From contig JAHPZE010000012.1 in NCBI GenBank assembly GCA_019058365.1, positions 43,017-107,016 on the forward strand: 64,000 bases of DNA, given 5' to 3'. Positions 60,064 through 64,000 of this stretch are shown here, piece by piece. The translations under genes were made by a program, and so were the position numbers. The notes beneath the pieces were generated by a model. It did no database searches. It was given only the letters and a program-made list of their open reading frames with translations, and was not told the DNA's origin. This stretch comes from Promethearchaeota archaeon. GTDB taxonomy: Archaea > Asgardarchaeota > Lokiarchaeia > Sigyniarchaeales > SOKP01. Position 1 is the first letter of the stretch. Each line of letters begins with the position of its first letter.

Positions 60064-60912
60064 ATGAATCACTTAGAAAAATTACTACAAGATTTAGGAT
60101 TCACTCAATATGAAGCCCAAACACTTGCTACACTAATACGTTATAAAATGTTAAGTGCTCGTGAAATTCATAAATATAGTGGCGTTCCTCAACCTAAAAT
60201 TTATGAAACAATGATTAAACTTCAACAAAAAGGTTTTATTGATATTTATCCTAAAAAAAAAAAGAAAGTGTATCTAGTTAAACCAAAAGAAGTAATTCAA
60301 GAATATTTCCTTAACTATTCACGTAAGGTTCAAGATTTAGGGCAGAAAAGTATCGAAATAATTGATGAAATTTATGATACGGAAGAAGCTGAAGAAATTC
60401 CTTTTATCGGTATTGCGGGAGAAAGTGCACTTCAGGAGTATATCCATATGTTGATAGATACTGCCAAAGAAACAATTATTGCATTTCTTCCTCTTGATCA
60501 TTATGATGAAAAGATAATCTCAATCTTACATAAACGTAAGAATGATATTGATATTAAATTAATATTTCATGATAAGAACATAGGAGATTTAGAAAAGCAA
60601 CTTATAGGGATTGAAAAATATTTTCTTAAAGTACCCGCATTCGATATAATTAAGAATATACTTGAAAACATCGAAGATTTTCTTCCATCAGTATCAGAAC
60701 AAAAAGAACCATATTCATTTCAAATTATTAAAGAAATTGCTATCCATTTAGAGAATATATTTGGATTAATGATAATCGATTGGAAAAAGAGTTTCTTCAA
60801 GATTCCAATACCAATTCCTCTCCCAATGGCAATATTATCAATGCTACCACAACTCACTGACTTTCATAATCGTGGAATAAAAAAAATTTTAGAATCATCT
60901 ATAAAATTCTAA
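60064..60912 (+). CDS. TrmB-family transcriptional regulator
   Basis: LQDLGFTQYEA, SGVPQPKIYE, KGFI, C-terminal effector-domain start (IDTAKETI). Confidence 0.88.
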   Translation: MNHLEKLLQDLGFTQYEAQTLATLIRYKMLSAREIHKYSGVPQPKIYETMIKLQQKGFIDIYPKKKKKVYLVKPKEVIQEYFLNYSRKVQDLGQKSIEIIDEIYDTEEAEEIPFIGIAGESALQEYIHMLIDTAKETIIAFLPLDHYDEKIISILHKRKNDIDIKLIFHDKNIGDLEKQLIGIEKYFLKVPAFDIIKNILENIEDFLPSVSEQKEPYSFQIIKEIAIHLENIFGLMIIDWKKSFFKIPIPIPLPMAILSMLPQLTDFHNRGIKKILESSIKF

Positions 60913-61266
60913 AATGGATCAATTAGTGATACTTCCATGATAAATAGAAAAGGAAAGCAATAGGAATTTAATATTTATTTTTAATAGATTCATTGGAGAA
61001 AAATGAATTGGTAAAATTTTTACATTATCAAGCATCTTCTTAAATCCTACGCTCTTTAAAACATTATTATCTTTATTTTTTTAATACTTTAATGTATCCT
61101 ACGTTATTATGAATTAGCTTATAGCTTAAGATCGAGAATTTGGATTTATTATTATAAAAATTTAAAATTCTTGTGATATTAAGTATCAATATCTAAGAAG
61201 ATTTCTAATTTTTGCTTCTTAAATAAGGTAAATAAGAATTTAAAAATATAAAATGATGAGAGAAAT

Positions 61267-64000
61267 ATGTTAAAAAAAATTAGATCTCGACAAATTACTG
61301 TTATAATATTAGGAGCAATTCTTTTTAGTATAACAACTTCTATATTATTAAGCTATAATCCTTATAACATACCTAATTCTACTGATACGAAAGCTTCTAT
61401 TAAAGAGATCGAATCTTTATCAGATCCAGAAGTGGTTTATCCAAATTCTCTTGTGGATTCTGATAATGATAAGATAGATGATACCTTATCAGCATTAATT
61501 AATGGAATAACCAAGTTAGAACTGGAATCACCTAATGCTTTACGTGAAAATGGTGAAAAAGTTAAGGTTTCTATTTGTGTCAATAAAAAACCTAACAATG
61601 CTCTAATTGAGAGATTAATAGGATACGGTGCAGAAATTGAAAATATTTATGATGAATTAATTTATGCGGTATATGCAATTTTGCCTATTAATATGATTGA
61701 TATTGTCGCTGCGGATGATGAGGTAACATATATTCAGAAAGAATATTATAGTACTGCTCATTTGGATACAAGTACAATAAATATGGGAGTAAGAGGATCT
61801 TCGTATGTATGGAACGCAATTCCTACAATTAAAGGTAATCCTCACTATTCTATTGCCATTTTAGATACAGGAGTCGATTCGACACATCCAGATATGGCTA
61901 ATTTTCTATATTTTCGTGATTTTTCAGGAGAAGGTTACCCAAGTGGCAGTACAGGATATGATTATGGTCATCATGGAACTCATTGTGCTTCTATTGCAGC
62001 TGGAACTGGAATGGCTGACACAAATCCTGAAATTGTTAACGAGACAATTTCTAATCACTTTCTATCAGCAATTAATTATACTTACTTAAATTGGTTCGAG
62101 ATTAAAGATAATGATAATACTCCAGAAACTATTGTAAGATTATATTGGGATAATAGTAGTGGACAGGCATATTTTGGAGTAATGAATTCAACTTTGGATT
62201 TGATTACTTCTTATGGTCTCTATTCGACTACCCCAATAGAACTTAACCTAGGAAATCTTTCTGCTGATTCTTATTTAATTTATATAGCACCAGCAGACTC
62301 AGGAACCTTCAATAGAAATTATACTTGTTCAATCGAACATGAATATGCTTATACTTTAGATGGAGAGTATGATGGTACACCTATATTTACAGGTGTAGCT
62401 CCACAAAGTAAGATTATTAGCTTAAAAGTATTGGATGATACTGGAAGTGGGACTGATCAAATGTTACTTGATGCTTTCACCTGGATTTTAAATAATGGTA
62501 AAAATCCTGCTTATAACATTACAACAATCTCAATGTCTTTAGGTTTTAGTGGTTATGTTGTCCCAACGATAGATACTGCAGTTAATAACCTTGTTGATGA
62601 AGGCTTTATCTGTGTCACATCAGCTGGTAATGATGGAACTGTCACTTCAATTGGTAGTCCCGGTACAGCACAGAAATGTATAACAGTTGGAGCTGTTAAT
62701 GATGCTTTTGAAGTAGTATATTATAGTTCAAATGGAGATAACATATATTATAAACCTGATGTTATCGCACCTGGTGGTACTGCAGCTTATTCTGGTACTG
62801 GGTCGATTGGAAACTTAATAGTAGCAGCTGATTCAAATTATGGGGAAGATTCTAGTTATATGTCAGATCAAGTAGCAAATGATTATACAGGTATGCAAGG
62901 AACTTCAATGTCCTGTCCGCATGTTGCAGGACTTGCCCAGTTAGTAATTGATGCAATCGTTCAAACTGAGGGAAGTTGGGCCTGGTCACAAGCCAATGCT
63001 CTAAAGGTAAAACAAATAATATGTATGGGTACATGGGAAGTAAATGCAGGTGAAACATATGATGGAGATGGAGATGGAAATCCACAGAATCCCTCTTTAG
63101 ATCGAATAGGAAGAGATAATGTAGAGGGTTATGGGATGGTAAGAGCAGATGCTGTTATTCAAGCTATTACTCATCGAACAACTGATAATATGATAAATGA
63201 ATCATTTTATCTCAACCGGGGATCAGGTATTTTTGCAAATGAATCAAAAGTGTTCCTTTTTTCCCTAGATGCAACCAAAGGAGAATCGTATAATTTTTCT
63301 CTTGATGTTCCCTCTACTGGAGATTTTGATATTATAGTTTATGATGAAGATTATGATTCAGCTACAGGTAGACCTGTTGTTTTTACTTCAAGTATAAATA
63401 GTGGTTTGGGAGTTGATGAATCGTTGATATTTACCCCCTCTGATTCTGGTATTTATTATTGGTCAATTAGAGCTGTACAAGGATATGGAACATGTCAACT
63501 ATCGATAAGCGGATTTAATTCAGCTCCTAATGCTCCAACTAATCCTTCACCCTCAGATGGTGCTATCGATGTGTCTATCAATCCTACATTAAGTGTGAAT
63601 GTAATCGATCCAGACGGAGATATAATGAATGTGTCGTTTTATGATGCTTCAGATGATTCGTTGATCGGAACCGATCTAGGCGTTTTAAGTGGAGGAAATG
63701 CTTCAATTCAATGGTTTGGGCTTTCTGGAAAGACATACTATGAGTGGTATGCGATTGCTGATGATGATTTGGATTTCACTCAATCTGCAACATGGTCATT
63801 TACTACCGTTAGCACCGCTCCTGATACTCCAACTAAACCCTCTCCTATGAATGGTACCATCGATGTGTCTATTAATCCTTTATTGAGTGTAAATGTATCC
63901 GATCCCGATGGAGACACAATGAATGTGTCGTTTTATGATGCTTCTGATGATTCGTTGATCGGAACCGATCTAGGCGTTTTAAGTGGAGGAAATGCTTCAA
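61267..64000 (+). CDS. Secreted/surface S8 subtilisin-like serine protease with PPC-like domain and C-terminal repeats (3' end outside the window; not in the ORF track)
   Basis: ATG 61267, signal/TM, propeptide, AILDTG (61864), HGTHCA (61972), SAGNDG, KPDVIAPG, GTSMSCPHVAG (62899); frame open to the window end. Confidence 0.93.
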   Translation, partial: MLKKIRSRQITVIILGAILFSITTSILLSYNPYNIPNSTDTKASIKEIESLSDPEVVYPNSLVDSDNDKIDDTLSALINGITKLELESPNALRENGEKVKVSICVNKKPNNALIERLIGYGAEIENIYDELIYAVYAILPINMIDIVAADDEVTYIQKEYYSTAHLDTSTINMGVRGSSYVWNAIPTIKGNPHYSIAILDTGVDSTHPDMANFLYFRDFSGEGYPSGSTGYDYGHHGTHCASIAAGTGMADTNPEIVNETISNHFLSAINYTYLNWFEIKDNDNTPETIVRLYWDNSSGQAYFGVMNSTLDLITSYGLYSTTPIELNLGNLSADSYLIYIAPADSGTFNRNYTCSIEHEYAYTLDGEYDGTPIFTGVAPQSKIISLKVLDDTGSGTDQMLLDAFTWILNNGKNPAYNITTISMSLGFSGYVVPTIDTAVNNLVDEGFICVTSAGNDGTVTSIGSPGTAQKCITVGAVNDAFEVVYYSSNGDNIYYKPDVIAPGGTAAYSGTGSIGNLIVAADSNYGEDSSYMSDQVANDYTGMQGTSMSCPHVAGLAQLVIDAIVQTEGSWAWSQANALKVKQIICMGTWEVNAGETYDGDGDGNPQNPSLDRIGRDNVEGYGMVRADAVIQAITHRTTDNMINESFYLNRGSGIFANESKVFLFSLDATKGESYNFSLDVPSTGDFDIIVYDEDYDSATGRPVVFTSSINSGLGVDESLIFTPSDSGIYYWSIRAVQGYGTCQLSISGFNSAPNAPTNPSPSDGAIDVSINPTLSVNVIDPDGDIMNVSFYDASDDSLIGTDLGVLSGGNASIQWFGLSGKTYYEWYAIADDDLDFTQSATWSFTTVSTAPDTPTKPSPMNGTIDVSINPLLSVNVSDPDGDTMNVSFYDASDDSLIGTDLGVLSGGNAS
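63523..64000 (+). repeat. Intragenic 294-nt (98-aa) tandem domain repeat
   Basis: Units start at 63523 and 63817; 63625-63706 and 63919-64000 match at 81 of 82 nt. Confidence 0.9.

Noticed and set aside
60913-61266. 354-bp intergenic region with a ~50-codon minus-strand open stretch
   Set aside because: No motif, stable structure or repeat; treated as ordinary AT-rich intergenic DNA
4807-62852. Short antisense or out-of-frame ORFs in the track (4807, 6599, 7456, 7818, 11698, 17195, 17434, 18538, 19525, 23500, 25578, 26378, 27905, 30879, 36054, 36846, 39197, 39261, 40622, 46891, 48479, 49157, 51550, 52207, 54719, 57909, 58830, 61657, 62852)
   Set aside because: All overlap well-supported genes, mostly on the opposite strand, and have no motifs; they are shadow ORFs
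1-64000. CRISPR arrays, tRNA/rRNA, IS elements, selenocysteine read-through
   Set aside because: No spaced direct repeats, GC-rich structured RNA or transposase/integrase motifs seen; I noticed no TGA interrupting a Cys motif in the redox genes

Overview
An AT-rich (about 30% GC by eye), gene-dense archaeal chromosome segment, most likely from an Asgard archaeon of the Lokiarchaeia/Promethearchaeota. This is inferred from a Loki-CTERM-type 'IPGY-TM-basic' sorting tail, a longin+roadblock fusion, archaeal TATA/BRE promoters, a TrmB regulator and geranylgeranyl-reductase/UbiA family genes. I found no rRNA, tRNA, CRISPR array, transposase or integrase. The content is accessory metabolism and envelope functions: (i) a ~13 kb putative glycan-catabolic locus (lyase-like protein, K-type Old Yellow Enzyme, ThuA, Gfo/Idh/MocA, GH3, HGSNAT-like, SDR, SdhA-like flavoprotein); (ii) an ABC exporter operon with micro-ORFs, three tandem paralogous membrane proteins, a palindromic operator and a wHTH regulator that seems to start at ATA; (iii) a second, TrmB-linked ABC cluster with a palindromic operator; (iv) a dsrEFH/tusDCB triad; (v) a Staygreen (Mg-dechelatase) homolog; (vi) eukaryote-like candidates (longin-roadblock, claudin-like tetraspan, tandem SH3, WD40, Pro-rich Zn-ribbon protein); (vii) an orphan HNH gene whose RBS lies in a hairpin; (viii) many flavo/Fe-S enzymes. 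The ORF track misses or truncates four genes: a QueG-like gene running off the left edge, a 31-aa ORF at 29435, the true 5' end of the wHTH gene, and a >900-aa S8 protease running off the right edge. All family calls are from motif recognition by eye, not from searches.
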